Below the pieces are notes generated by a model. It was not told the DNA's origin. It worked only from the letters and a program-made list of their open reading frames with translations, and searched no databases. This document shows, piece by piece, positions 30,650-40,234 of a stretch of 64,000 nt of DNA (position 1 is the stretch's first letter; each line of letters starts with the position of its first letter). Made by a program: the position numbers and the translations under genes. This stretch comes from Parcubacteria group bacterium. Its GTDB lineage: Bacteria > Patescibacteriota > Minisyncoccia > Moranbacterales > UBA11712. The stretch spans positions 20,696 through 84,695 of the forward strand of contig JBAZYY010000003.1 in NCBI GenBank assembly GCA_041659065.1, written 5' to 3'.

Positions 30650-31899
30650 AATTTTATTTTTACTCTTATTTTTCCACTCATCAGTCGAGGCAACAGAGAA
30701 TCTCGAATTAAAATCAATTCTTCATTTTCTTGACCATTTTTCTTAATCTTTTCAAAGAGTGGGCTGACGGTTGTTTCGTATTTTTTGATTAAATCTAAAT
30801 CTGGAAACGGAAATGATACTTGTGCAAAAGTTGAAATAGTTATAGTTGAAAACACTGAACCATGCGCCTTTTGTTTCAATTCCTCGGCAGTCATTTTTGT
30901 TAGTTCATAGACAAAATATGGATCGGTATCGTCTTTTCCCCTTAGTGCATAGCATGATTGATTCATTGCCATCGGCACTCCAGCCATCGCAACTTTTCCT
31001 ACTGTGCCACGAGCAGTAATAAATGTTGTATCTATTGGATAGAGCGGACTATTACAACTTTTCAATCCATCCTGTGTAATGTATTTTTCAGTTCCCAATA
31101 CATACACAGAGTCGTCAGCGTCTTTCGGTGTGAAAAAAGGAATATTACCGTTCCAATATTGATATGCGTTTGTTTTTGGAGTGCCGCCACTCATCACTTC
31201 GACAACATCAGTAAATTTAGCAACTTTCCATTCTTCCAGCAGCCTATCGCCAATATCAACAAACCACTTTTTGAAAAGAATGGATGCTATTTTTTCTAGG
31301 TTGGCATTGATTTTACGATTAAGTTCTATTTTATCGTCGAGTGAGGAAATAATTTCGGCGATTTGTTTTTGTTCCTCAATTGTCGGCCGAATTATTTTAA
31401 GATTCTTTAAATCCCTGATTGGTAGTTGCGGTTGTGCTGATCCAGTGGTTAATTCGACAATTTGTTTTTTTGTAATCCAACTTTTCAATAATTGAAATAA
31501 GTATTTTGAATCAAAATCCTTATTGTTTCTCAAAATAACCATTCCGGAATTAATCCTCATATTTTCAAAGGGTATAGTCTCATCATAAAAGGCAACATTT
31601 CCCACAGTTCCTCTCGTTGTTAACACAAAATCACCTTTCTGCATTTTGCCTTTTCGTAGCTCCGCATCTTTTGACTGTGAAATAAATTGACTATTCGAGA
31701 AATTGAAACTATCGCCACAAACATTTTTTGCATTAAGAAATAAGCAGTAATCTTTATCAGAAAAATCTGACCCATGAGGATAGTTTGACCCCCGATCCCC
31801 ATCAATTATATTTAGAGCCTCATTAATATTAACAATATCCCATTCTTCTGGAATGATCCCAATTTCTGTTTCTTTAAATTTTGTTTCAACTATTTTCAT
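30646..31899 (-). CDS. hsdS: type I restriction enzyme specificity subunit
   Basis: Two TRDs (TRGTVG, TGSAQP; SGGTP, ARGTVG), EQKQIA, LLPRLMSG. Confidence 0.93.
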   Translation of the reverse strand: MKIVETKFKETEIGIIPEEWDIVNINEALNIIDGDRGSNYPHGSDFSDKDYCLFLNAKNVCGDSFNFSNSQFISQSKDAELRKGKMQKGDFVLTTRGTVGNVAFYDETIPFENMRINSGMVILRNNKDFDSKYLFQLLKSWITKKQIVELTTGSAQPQLPIRDLKNLKIIRPTIEEQKQIAEIISSLDDKIELNRKINANLEKIASILFKKWFVDIGDRLLEEWKVAKFTDVVEVMSGGTPKTNAYQYWNGNIPFFTPKDADDSVYVLGTEKYITQDGLKSCNSPLYPIDTTFITARGTVGKVAMAGVPMAMNQSCYALRGKDDTDPYFVYELTKMTAEELKQKAHGSVFSTITISTFAQVSFPFPDLDLIKKYETTVSPLFEKIKKNGQENEELILIRDSLLPRLMSGKIRVKIKL

Positions 31900-31900
31900 G

Positions 31901-32653
31901 CTATTTTCTGTTGATCAAGTCGTAAGCCAAGCTGGCCAGCGCGATATAATGAACTGCTAAATTTTTATCCAGATCTTGAGCTGGGGTATGAGCCTTCTCG
32001 TTTCTCAAAAATTGAATTGCCATATGTAAAAACTTGATGCCCTCAAAAAAATCTTTCTCGGCATCATTCAAGGGTTGATGACCAAAAATTTTTTCATAAT
32101 TTGAATTACTGAAAGCATCAGTGGCTTTTTCCTTACCCGACACATCTTTCAATTTTTTTCTGACAACCTTATACGCTTCTTCGACAGCATTGAAGCAGTG
32201 ACCGTCATTTAATAATTTTTGCACATGATCAAAAATATCTTTTTGCAGAAGAATGTTAATGTTGCCGTTCTGAAAAGTGGCTTGGGATTTATTTTCCTTT
32301 TCTTCTATTTTTACACCTAATAACCTCTTGCTAACTTTTTCGCCCGCGTCAATTATTTCTTTTGGAAAATCTTCTCTTTTCAGATTGTCGATAAGTATCT
32401 GATTCTCGATATATTCGATAAGCTTGGCGATGCTTTTGCCAATAAGTTTGTCGTCAGCGGTTAGCCACAGACCACGCAAACGATTAGCCTTTGATCCGCT
32501 ACCATACATATATTTTTTGTTGTAGATGTCGATGCCAACGTCGTCCCTGAAAAACTCGCCCATAGTTCGGTCGGAAAAATTCAAAACATAACCACCACCC
32601 ATCTGGAACAGTTTCTCAAGGAGTTGTTTTTCATTTGTGGTTAAGTTTGCCAT
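31901..32653 (-). CDS. AbiJ-N-terminal-like domain + TIGR02391-like C-terminal domain protein
   Basis: LF.MGGGYVLNFSDRT...SKANRLR; AVEEAYKVV...RNEKAH (Rx4H). Confidence 0.7.
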   Translation of the reverse strand: MANLTTNEKQLLEKLFQMGGGYVLNFSDRTMGEFFRDDVGIDIYNKKYMYGSGSKANRLRGLWLTADDKLIGKSIAKLIEYIENQILIDNLKREDFPKEIIDAGEKVSKRLLGVKIEEKENKSQATFQNGNINILLQKDIFDHVQKLLNDGHCFNAVEEAYKVVRKKLKDVSGKEKATDAFSNSNYEKIFGHQPLNDAEKDFFEGIKFLHMAIQFLRNEKAHTPAQDLDKNLAVHYIALASLAYDLINRK

Positions 32654-32655
32654 AG

Positions 32656-34206
32656 TTATTCCAAATTAAACCCGATACTTTTCAGATTTCTTCTTATTCT
32701 TTCCTCTAATTCTCCCGACTGTTTGAATTGCTTGGAAAGCTCGCTAGTCAGTCTTTTCATTTTTTCCTCAAAAACTTCGTCATCCTCTTCCACAAAATCC
32801 GTTCCGACATATCGGCCGGGAGTCAAAACAAAACCGTTCTTTTCAACTTCTTCAATTTTTGCCGCTTTGCAAAAACCTTTTACATCTTCATATTTCCCAT
32901 CTCTATTTCTCCAGCTATGATAAACACTGGAAATTTTTTGAACATCTTCACTCGTGAGCTCTCGGTTCTTTCTGGTGACCATCGTTCCCATTTTTCGGGA
33001 ATCAATGAACAAAATCTCATCTTGCCGATCTCTGAATTTATGATTATGTCGATCTCGGGAAACAAACCAAAGGCACGCTGGAATCTGTGTTGTATAAAAA
33101 AGCTGCGGTGGCATCGCCACAATGCAATCCACCAATCCGTTTTGAATGAGGTTTTTTCTAATTTCCCCCTCGCCTGAAGTATTCGATGAAAGCGAACCAT
33201 TCGCCAAAACAAATCCAGCAATTCCGGCCGGAGTCAAGTGATGGATCATATGCTGAATCCATGCGTAGTTCGCATTGCCAGCTGGAGGCACGCCATATTT
33301 CCAGCGGATGTCATCTTTGAGCCTCTCGCCACCCCAGTCGCTGATGTTAAACGGCGGATTTGCCAAAATAAAATCCGCTTTCAAATCTTTGTGTAGATCA
33401 TTATGAAAAGTATCGGCGTTATGCGTTCCGATGTTACCCTCAATCCCACGGATGGCGAGATTCATTTTGCAAAGCCGCCAAGTGGTCGGGTTCGATTCTT
33501 GTCCATAAACAGCAATATCATTTTTATTTCCTCCGTGAGCTTCAACAAATTTTTCACTTTGAACAAACATGCCACCACTTCCGCAGCAGGGATCATATAT
33601 GCGTCCCTTGTACGGTTCGAGCATTTCAACTAAGAGTTTGACCACCGATTGAGGAGTGAAAAATTCGCCCCCGCCTTTTCCTTCGGCAGATGCGAATCGT
33701 CCAAGAAAATATTCATAGACCCGTCCGAGAATATCTTTACTTCGGCTTTCTTTGTCTCCAAGGCCAATTGTGCTTACCATATCAATGAGTTCACCGAGAC
33801 GAACTTTGTCTAGATCGGGACGGGCATAGTTTTTGGAAAGCACGCCTTTGAGGCTCGGGTTGTCTTTTTCGATGGCCACCATGGCGTCGTCAAGCATCTT
33901 TCCAATCTCCGGTTTTTTGGCGTTTGCTTTCAAAAATTCCCAACGAGCCTCCTGTGGAACCCAAAATACGCCTTCGCCAACATAAGCATCGCGATCTTCT
34001 TCCTGACCTTCATAATGATCGGGATCATTTTTGATTTGAGTGTGCACTTCCTCAAACGAATCGGAAATGTATTTGAGAAATATCAAACCAAGCACCACGT
34101 GCTTATATTCAGCTGGATCCATATTGTTTCGCATCTTGTCCGCGGCTGCCCAAAGTGTTTCCTCGAAGCCAACATTTGTGCCATTAGATTTTTTATTTTT
34201 TGCCAT
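32656..34206 (-). CDS. hsdM: type I restriction enzyme methyltransferase subunit
   Basis: [28 protein letters not shown]. Confidence 0.97.
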   Translation of the reverse strand: MAKNKKSNGTNVGFEETLWAAADKMRNNMDPAEYKHVVLGLIFLKYISDSFEEVHTQIKNDPDHYEGQEEDRDAYVGEGVFWVPQEARWEFLKANAKKPEIGKMLDDAMVAIEKDNPSLKGVLSKNYARPDLDKVRLGELIDMVSTIGLGDKESRSKDILGRVYEYFLGRFASAEGKGGGEFFTPQSVVKLLVEMLEPYKGRIYDPCCGSGGMFVQSEKFVEAHGGNKNDIAVYGQESNPTTWRLCKMNLAIRGIEGNIGTHNADTFHNDLHKDLKADFILANPPFNISDWGGERLKDDIRWKYGVPPAGNANYAWIQHMIHHLTPAGIAGFVLANGSLSSNTSGEGEIRKNLIQNGLVDCIVAMPPQLFYTTQIPACLWFVSRDRHNHKFRDRQDEILFIDSRKMGTMVTRKNRELTSEDVQKISSVYHSWRNRDGKYEDVKGFCKAAKIEEVEKNGFVLTPGRYVGTDFVEEDDEVFEEKMKRLTSELSKQFKQSGELEERIRRNLKSIGFNLE

Positions 34207-34402
34207 GATTTTGGTTGATTATTTTTAAGACATCTTCTTTTTTGTATCTGCGATCGCCACGTTTTCCAAATCGGATGGCTTTCAGCGTGCCTTCATTATC
34301 CCAATTGCGAAGCGTGTTGGGATGGCAATTTAGCAGCTCGCAAGCGTCCTGAAGCGTCAGTATTTCCGGATATTCTTCAATTTTTCGTGATTGCTTTTTC
34401 AT
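34193..34402 (-). CDS. excisionase/MerR-like HTH protein
   Basis: [26 protein letters not shown]...RGDRRY. Confidence 0.88.
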   Translation of the reverse strand: MKKQSRKIEEYPEILTLQDACELLNCHPNTLRNWDNEGTLKAIRFGKRGDRRYKKEDVLKIINQNHGKK

Positions 34403-34428
34403 AAAATATGACTTAACATTAGTTTACA

Positions 34429-35274
34429 ATGAAAAAACCCATAAGTAAAGGCAAAAAGAACAATTACCGCAGAGGCCGTTTTTCGAAAAAAAGCGAGCCT
34501 CAATTTTCATATTCATCACACAAAAAGAACATAGACAATGTGAAGTTGCTGTTTTCCTATAGCTTGTTTCGGAAGGAGATAAAAACAATTAGAGATTACC
34601 TAAAAATACCAAAGGATGGATTAAAAGATGAAGATTCAAAGAAATGGCATTTAGATAGAGACAAGGAATCAAATGAAATTATGGAATCTGAACGATTTTT
34701 GCTTCAAGGGGAAAGAATTTGTCAAAAAATTATACTAGGAGAAATTAGTCTTGCGATGGGCAATAAGCAAGCTCGTCTTCTGCTCAATAAGATGCCTTGG
34801 AATTATTTATCAAATTCAGTTAATTTCTTGATTGAAAAGTTTCATGTTCCGCTTAATTATGAGCAGACCATAAGGCGCTACATCCTTTTTAACAAGATTG
34901 TGTTCGTTCCAGCTCAAAATTTCGTTGTCGGCGGATTTGACGGTAGCTTTCGGATTAAGGACGCCAGATTTTTACCAATAAGAATTTATGCCAAGCTGAC
35001 AGATGAGGATATCGAAGAAATAAAAGATACGATTGAAAGATTCGGTAAAAATCTTCCTAATTTTCAACCGCTTAAGGATATTGATAAGCGATTGACCATT
35101 GAAGAATGGGTTAGGAGTAGAGGAAAAATTGATCCGCTGACTGGGAATGAATATCAAATGACAGTAGAGGAAATCGCGGAAAATATTTACGGCAATAAGA
35201 AACAAAAAAATAAGGTCAGAGATAATCAACGTAAATTGGATGAGATAAGAAAAAAGAGGTTCGGAAAATTGTAG
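34429..35274 (+). CDS. hypothetical protein (possible C-terminal HTH)
   Basis: 281-aa ORF divergent from the HTH/hsd operon. Confidence 0.7.
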   Translation: MKKPISKGKKNNYRRGRFSKKSEPQFSYSSHKKNIDNVKLLFSYSLFRKEIKTIRDYLKIPKDGLKDEDSKKWHLDRDKESNEIMESERFLLQGERICQKIILGEISLAMGNKQARLLLNKMPWNYLSNSVNFLIEKFHVPLNYEQTIRRYILFNKIVFVPAQNFVVGGFDGSFRIKDARFLPIRIYAKLTDEDIEEIKDTIERFGKNLPNFQPLKDIDKRLTIEEWVRSRGKIDPLTGNEYQMTVEEIAENIYGNKKQKNKVRDNQRKLDEIRKKRFGKL

Positions 35275-35312
35275 GTTATAATTTTCCGAGGGCTAGTAGC
35301 ATTGCATGATTT

Positions 35313-35345
35313 AATAGACACAGTTAGCTGTGTCTATTTTTTTAT
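35313..35345 (+). terminator. hairpin + T tract
   Basis: AATAGACACAG-ttag-CTGTGTCTATT-TTTTT. Confidence 0.55.
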
Positions 35346-35383
35346 CGAAAAAAGACACGGTAATAATTATTAAGTAAAAATCT

Positions 35384-36733
35384 ATGACACCACAAAATGT
35401 CGCAGAGAAAATCTCGAGGGAAAAACTTCGAGTCGAGTACGTGGACGCTTCGATGCTCAAAGCGTCCGAATACAATCCTAGGAGAATAAGCAAAGAAGGG
35501 ATGGAGCACCTAAAAGAAAGTATTCGTCGATACTCTCTTGTGGATCCCCTTATCGTGAACTCAGCTCCCAACCGCAAAGGAATTTTGATTGGGGGTCACA
35601 TGAGATTACGAGCAGCCGTAGAGCTAGGAATCAAAAAAGTGCCGATAGTCGAGCTAAATATTCCGGATATCGAAAAGGAAAAAGAACTCAATATACGACT
35701 CAACAAAAACACGGGGGAATTCGATTGGAACTTGCTAGCTGATTTCGGCGAAACATTTCTCGCTGATGCGGGCTTCACCAGCGAAGAGTTGGATAATATT
35801 TTTGCAGTCGAAGACTCGCCCGAATTGTTTGATCTTCAGAAAGAATTGACTAAGCTCGATATAAAAAAAATCGAAATCCAAAAAGGCGATGTTTGGCAAT
35901 TCGGCGAATCGAGATTGATGTGCGGCGACTCAACCGTCGAAGCCGATATGTTAAAACTTATGAACGGCGAAAAAGCTGACATGTGCTTCACTGATCCCCC
36001 GTACATTTTAGACTATCTTAAGGGTAAGAAAAAGAACGGAAAACCGATTGAAGGATTTGGCTATAAACGCGATCGCAAATACCTTGAAACTGACATTCTA
36101 CCAGACGACTTCACGGAAAAATGGATGTCGAATATCCACGAAGTAGCCAATGAAAATTTCTCCATTATTGTTTATGAGAATTGGAAAAACATCAGGACTA
36201 TTTGGGGAGAAATGGAAAAGTATTTCAAGATGAAGAACATGATTGTGTGGCACCTTCCCAATCGAGTCCAGGGATTCGCCGCAAAATACAAATTCTTTAA
36301 TAAACACGATATCGCCATGGTCGGTGGCAGTGGAAATGTGACAATCAACATGGAATCGGAAGATGAACTACTTCAAAACGAATACGAAACCGCCCTATTT
36401 GGAATTCAAGGCAAGCCTCACTGGGAAAGTTATGAAAAAGGCAAAAAAATCTGTCCTACTGACTTTTTGGAATTTAAGGCAGCTGATGAAAAAAGTTCCG
36501 GGCAAGGAATAATTTTCGGAACTAAGCCGACGGAAATATTGATTCCATACATCAAAGTCCTTACAAAACGAGGCAGCCTAATTGTCGAGCCCTTTGGCGG
36601 AAGCGGATCGACTTTGATTGCGGCCGAGAAAATGAAACGCAGGTGCTACCTTATGGAAAAATCCCCAGTATACGCTGAAGTTATCCGCAACCGTTGGGAA
36701 AAACTAACTGGCAAAAAAGCCACAAAAATATGA
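35384..36733 (+). CDS. ParB-N + phage-type DNA methyltransferase (N4/N6, beta order)
   Basis: YNPR...IGGHMRLRA; MCGDS, TDPPY, EPFGGSGSTLIAA. Confidence 0.92.
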   Translation: MTPQNVAEKISREKLRVEYVDASMLKASEYNPRRISKEGMEHLKESIRRYSLVDPLIVNSAPNRKGILIGGHMRLRAAVELGIKKVPIVELNIPDIEKEKELNIRLNKNTGEFDWNLLADFGETFLADAGFTSEELDNIFAVEDSPELFDLQKELTKLDIKKIEIQKGDVWQFGESRLMCGDSTVEADMLKLMNGEKADMCFTDPPYILDYLKGKKKNGKPIEGFGYKRDRKYLETDILPDDFTEKWMSNIHEVANENFSIIVYENWKNIRTIWGEMEKYFKMKNMIVWHLPNRVQGFAAKYKFFNKHDIAMVGGSGNVTINMESEDELLQNEYETALFGIQGKPHWESYEKGKKICPTDFLEFKAADEKSSGQGIIFGTKPTEILIPYIKVLTKRGSLIVEPFGGSGSTLIAAEKMKRRCYLMEKSPVYAEVIRNRWEKLTGKKATKI

Positions 36734-37120
36734 AAAAGCAACATCACAAAAAAAGCCTTTCTGGAGCACCTTCGTAAAATTCCAATTATACAAGTAAGTT
36801 GCGAAAAAACCGGCATCGCAAGATGCACGATCTATCGTTGGAAAAAAGAAAGCAAGAAATTCGCCAAAGAAATGGAGAATGCATTGGCTGAGGGAGAAGC
36901 CCTGATAAACGACATGAGCGAATCCCAGCTAATATCGCTCATTAAGGACAAGAATTTCAGCGCCATAAGATTCTGGCTCAAAAATCGTCACGAAAAATTC
37001 CGTGAGCGATTTGAAGTAACGACTAATTTACAAGGACAAGAAGAATTGACCAAAGAACAAAAAAACGTTGTCCGGGAAGCTCTCCGCCTAGCATCACTCG
37101 GCAATAAAAAGAAGAAATAA
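36730..37120 (+). CDS. HTH protein, putative terminase small subunit (5' end out of frame)
   Basis: Frame upstream of 36872 reads KAFLEHLRKIPIIQVSCEKTGIARCTIYRWKK; the ATG at 36730 is one base out of frame. Confidence 0.65.
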
Positions 37121-37138
37121 CTATTAAAATTTAATTCC

Positions 37139-38587
37139 ATGTCAACCGACAAAACGCTAAACAAAAAAATAATCAATCGGATGCTCAAAGATAAGCAAGT
37201 CCGCATTGCAATCACCAAAGAAAGCCACTATATATTCTTTCACCTATATTTTTCGCACTATGTTGTATACCCAACAGCTGAATTTCAAAAAGAGATTTTT
37301 GAGATGACGGAAGATAAAAAGAAGAAAAGCCTATTTATAGTCGCCTTTAGATCTTCCGCTAAATCGACAATTGCCACAATGTCACTTCCGATCTGGTCAA
37401 TTCTCGGAAAGCACCAGAAAAAGTTTGTGCTCATTCTGTGCCAGACCCGCCACCAAGCGAAACAGCATATGATAAATCTTAAACAAGAATTGGAAAGCAA
37501 CGAACTGCTCAAAAACGATCTGGGGCCATTCCAAGAAGAAGGAGATTCCGAATGGGGCACGACATCGCTGGTGTTTTCGCGCCTCAACGCTCGGATCAGC
37601 GTAGCTTCCTCCGAGCAAAGTATCCGCGGACTGCGTCACAACCAATACCGACCCGATTTAATCATTGGTGACGATGTTGAAGATATGAACTCAACAAGAA
37701 CTCGAGAAGGTCGGGATAAAACCTACCAGTGGCTGACCAGTGAAGTTATTCCCTGCGGAGACCGAAACACTCGGTTGGTTATTGTCGGAAATCTTCTCCA
37801 TGAAGATTCGCTCCTCATGCGATTGAAACAAGATTTGGAGGAAAAAAAGATTGACGGACATTTTTTGTCCTACCCGCTGGTTGATGAAAACGGTATCATC
37901 CTTTGGCCGGGGAAATATCCAACACCGGAAGATATCGCCCTTGAGCGAAAGAAGATTGGTAGTGAATCTGCTTGGCAACGTGAATTCCTGTTACGTATCG
38001 TTCCCAGCGAAGGACAACTTATCGATCCGAGATGGATCCGCTACTATGACGAATTGCCGACCAAAGCTGAAGCGCGATTCAGATATACCGCCACCGGAGT
38101 CGACTTGGCTATTTCAAAAAACGAAACGGCCGATTATACCGCCATGGTGTCGGGTAATATTTATAACTGGGACGGTGATGTTACCATTTATATCTTGCCG
38201 GATCCCATCAACAAGCGATGGAGTTTTCCAGAAACAGTTGACCAGATAAAAATTCTCGCCAATGCCGGCAAGAATTACCCCTACTTCTATATCGAGGAAA
38301 TCGGATATCAGGCTGCTTTAATTGGACAGCTTCAGCACGAAGGTATCCGCAATGTCAGCGGAGCCAAGGTGCATGGGCAAGATAAGCGTTCAAGGTTGGC
38401 GCTTACTACACATCTCATCAAATCAGGAAAAGTGCTTTTTCCGAGAAAGGGCGCGGAATTTCTGATTCAGCAACTGACCGGATTTGGCATTGAGAAACAT
38501 GATGATTTGGCCGATGCTTTTGCGATTCTCGTGCTCAAAACCATGCAAGGCGATCACTGGCTTCCGAGGGTTGATTGGGTATCATAA
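37139..38587 (+). CDS. terminase large subunit
   Basis: AFRSSAKST, SIRG, IIGDDVE, VGN; nuclease GVDLA...DYTA...HDDLADA. Confidence 0.88.
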   Translation: MSTDKTLNKKIINRMLKDKQVRIAITKESHYIFFHLYFSHYVVYPTAEFQKEIFEMTEDKKKKSLFIVAFRSSAKSTIATMSLPIWSILGKHQKKFVLILCQTRHQAKQHMINLKQELESNELLKNDLGPFQEEGDSEWGTTSLVFSRLNARISVASSEQSIRGLRHNQYRPDLIIGDDVEDMNSTRTREGRDKTYQWLTSEVIPCGDRNTRLVIVGNLLHEDSLLMRLKQDLEEKKIDGHFLSYPLVDENGIILWPGKYPTPEDIALERKKIGSESAWQREFLLRIVPSEGQLIDPRWIRYYDELPTKAEARFRYTATGVDLAISKNETADYTAMVSGNIYNWDGDVTIYILPDPINKRWSFPETVDQIKILANAGKNYPYFYIEEIGYQAALIGQLQHEGIRNVSGAKVHGQDKRSRLALTTHLIKSGKVLFPRKGAEFLIQQLTGFGIEKHDDLADAFAILVLKTMQGDHWLPRVDWVS

Positions 38588-38626
38588 TAGGCGTTTTTCA
38601 AGGCTTTTCGGGGTCTGGACAAAGGT

Positions 38627-40012
38627 TTGGGTTTGCGTCATTCATTGTGGTATATGAATACTCAAATGAATCAGACTATTACAAGCCAGATAGGTGCCAA
38701 ACCGCCGGAGGAACCGATGAAAACACGCTATTGCCTTTACGCGAGAAAATCCACCGAATCGGAAGAGCAGCAGGTGCTTTCCATAGAATCCCAAGTGAAG
38801 GAAATGCTCCAGATCGCCGAACGCGATGGACTCGAGATTGCGGAGATCCGGCGCGAAAGCCATTCGGCGAAAGATTCGGGACAGCGGCCCGTGTTCAGCG
38901 AACTTGTTGAAGACATCCGAAAAGAAAAATTCAACGGCATCCTCACCTGGGCGCCGGATCGCTTGAGCCGCAATGCCGGAGATCTCGGATCGCTTGTCGA
39001 CCTCATGGATCAGAAACTCCTGTTCGAGATCCGCACATACGGGCAAACCTTTGCCAACTCGCCGAACGAAAAATTCCTACTGATGATTCTTTGCTCGCAG
39101 GCGAAGCTCGAAAACGATAACAAGAGCGTCAACGTGAAGCGGGGTCTTCGGGCGAGGTGCGAAATGGGACTCTGGCCGACGCTTGCTCCAGTCGGATACA
39201 CGAACGGACAGACCGAAGATCGGAAAGGCCGCGTCGTCCCGGATTCCGAAAGAGCTCCGGTCGTCAAAAAAATCTTCGAGAAGATGGCTCACGAGAAATG
39301 GAGCGGAAGGAAAATATTTCACTGGCTCAAGTTCGAGCTTAACTTCAAAACCAGAGGCGGAAAGTCTCTGTCGCTCTCGAGTATATACGTCATGATCCAG
39401 AATTCTTTTTACTACGGCCCCTTTGAATATCCAAGAGGAAGCGGAAACTGGTATCAGGGGAAGCACGATCCGATCATCACGAAGGAATTGTTCGATCTTG
39501 CGAACGAGCAGATCAAGCGCGATCGGATTGTGAAAGACAGCAAGGAGTTCGCTTTTACTAAATTGATGAAATGCGGATTGTGTGGGTCGGGAATCTCGGC
39601 CGAAGAAAAATACAAGAAGCTCAAGAACGGGAATGTCAACAAACACGTATATTACGGATGCACGAGATCGCGGGATCTCAAATGCAAATGTGGATACATG
39701 AAAGAAGATGACATAATTTCGCAGCTGGTGAAAATAGTGGATGATCTCGATATGAACGAGATCGGAATTAAGAAACAATTTCAGGAAGAGGTGGAGCGAT
39801 TCAACAAATTCCAACAGATGGTGCTCAAGATGAACGGCCGGGAAAACGAAATAGATAAAATGTTGGAATTCGATATCCGGATGTATGCCAAATATGTATT
39901 GAAAGAAGGAAGTGTTACTGAAAAAAGAGAAATGCTGGCGGGACTCACAAGCAAGCTGATCGTGGAGAACAAGCAGATCCGACTGGAAAAAGCGGAGAGT
40001 GAAAAAAGTTGA
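38627..40012 (+). CDS. large serine recombinase
   Basis: YARKS, ESHSA, DRLSRN, recombinase domain, CGLCG...YYGC Zn ribbon; start probably later (38654-38717). Confidence 0.95.
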   Translation: MGLRHSLWYMNTQMNQTITSQIGAKPPEEPMKTRYCLYARKSTESEEQQVLSIESQVKEMLQIAERDGLEIAEIRRESHSAKDSGQRPVFSELVEDIRKEKFNGILTWAPDRLSRNAGDLGSLVDLMDQKLLFEIRTYGQTFANSPNEKFLLMILCSQAKLENDNKSVNVKRGLRARCEMGLWPTLAPVGYTNGQTEDRKGRVVPDSERAPVVKKIFEKMAHEKWSGRKIFHWLKFELNFKTRGGKSLSLSSIYVMIQNSFYYGPFEYPRGSGNWYQGKHDPIITKELFDLANEQIKRDRIVKDSKEFAFTKLMKCGLCGSGISAEEKYKKLKNGNVNKHVYYGCTRSRDLKCKCGYMKEDDIISQLVKIVDDLDMNEIGIKKQFQEEVERFNKFQQMVLKMNGRENEIDKMLEFDIRMYAKYVLKEGSVTEKREMLAGLTSKLIVENKQIRLEKAESEKS

Positions 40013-40037
40013 TAAATCAGCAGAGAAGCAGTATAGT
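40009..40037 (+). promoter_or_regulatory. sigma70-like promoter
   Basis: TTGATA-17 bp-TATAGT. Confidence 0.65.
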
Positions 40038-40059
40038 GATATTAACAATTTAGCCTAAA

Positions 40060-40230
40060 CTCACGCCTTCTGGTGTGAGCATGGCGCATAAAACCTAGCT
40101 AATAGAGACGGCCTCATGGTCGACACTTATTAGCTAGGTCGGTGTTCCGAAAGGGCATCGGGCAATCCGAAAGGGTTGTCGTCGTACTGTGGGGCCTTTT
40201 GTGTACCCACAAAATAAATCCTAGCTAAAA
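40060..40230 (+). ncRNA. putative structured RNA leader (multi-stem pseudoknot)
   Basis: 12-bp stem 40093-40104/40128-40139; loop 40110-40120 pairs with 40186-40196; two GAAA-capped hairpins; many G-U pairs consistent with + strand. Confidence 0.55.
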
Positions 40231-40234
40231 AATC

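Noticed and set aside
36731-36733. TGA recoding (alternative genetic code) fusing methylase and terS
   Set aside because: Many clear genes in the window end in TGA with ATGA overlaps, so the standard code applies
39077-40048. 323-aa minus-strand ORF
   Set aside because: Antisense shadow of the serine recombinase; no motifs
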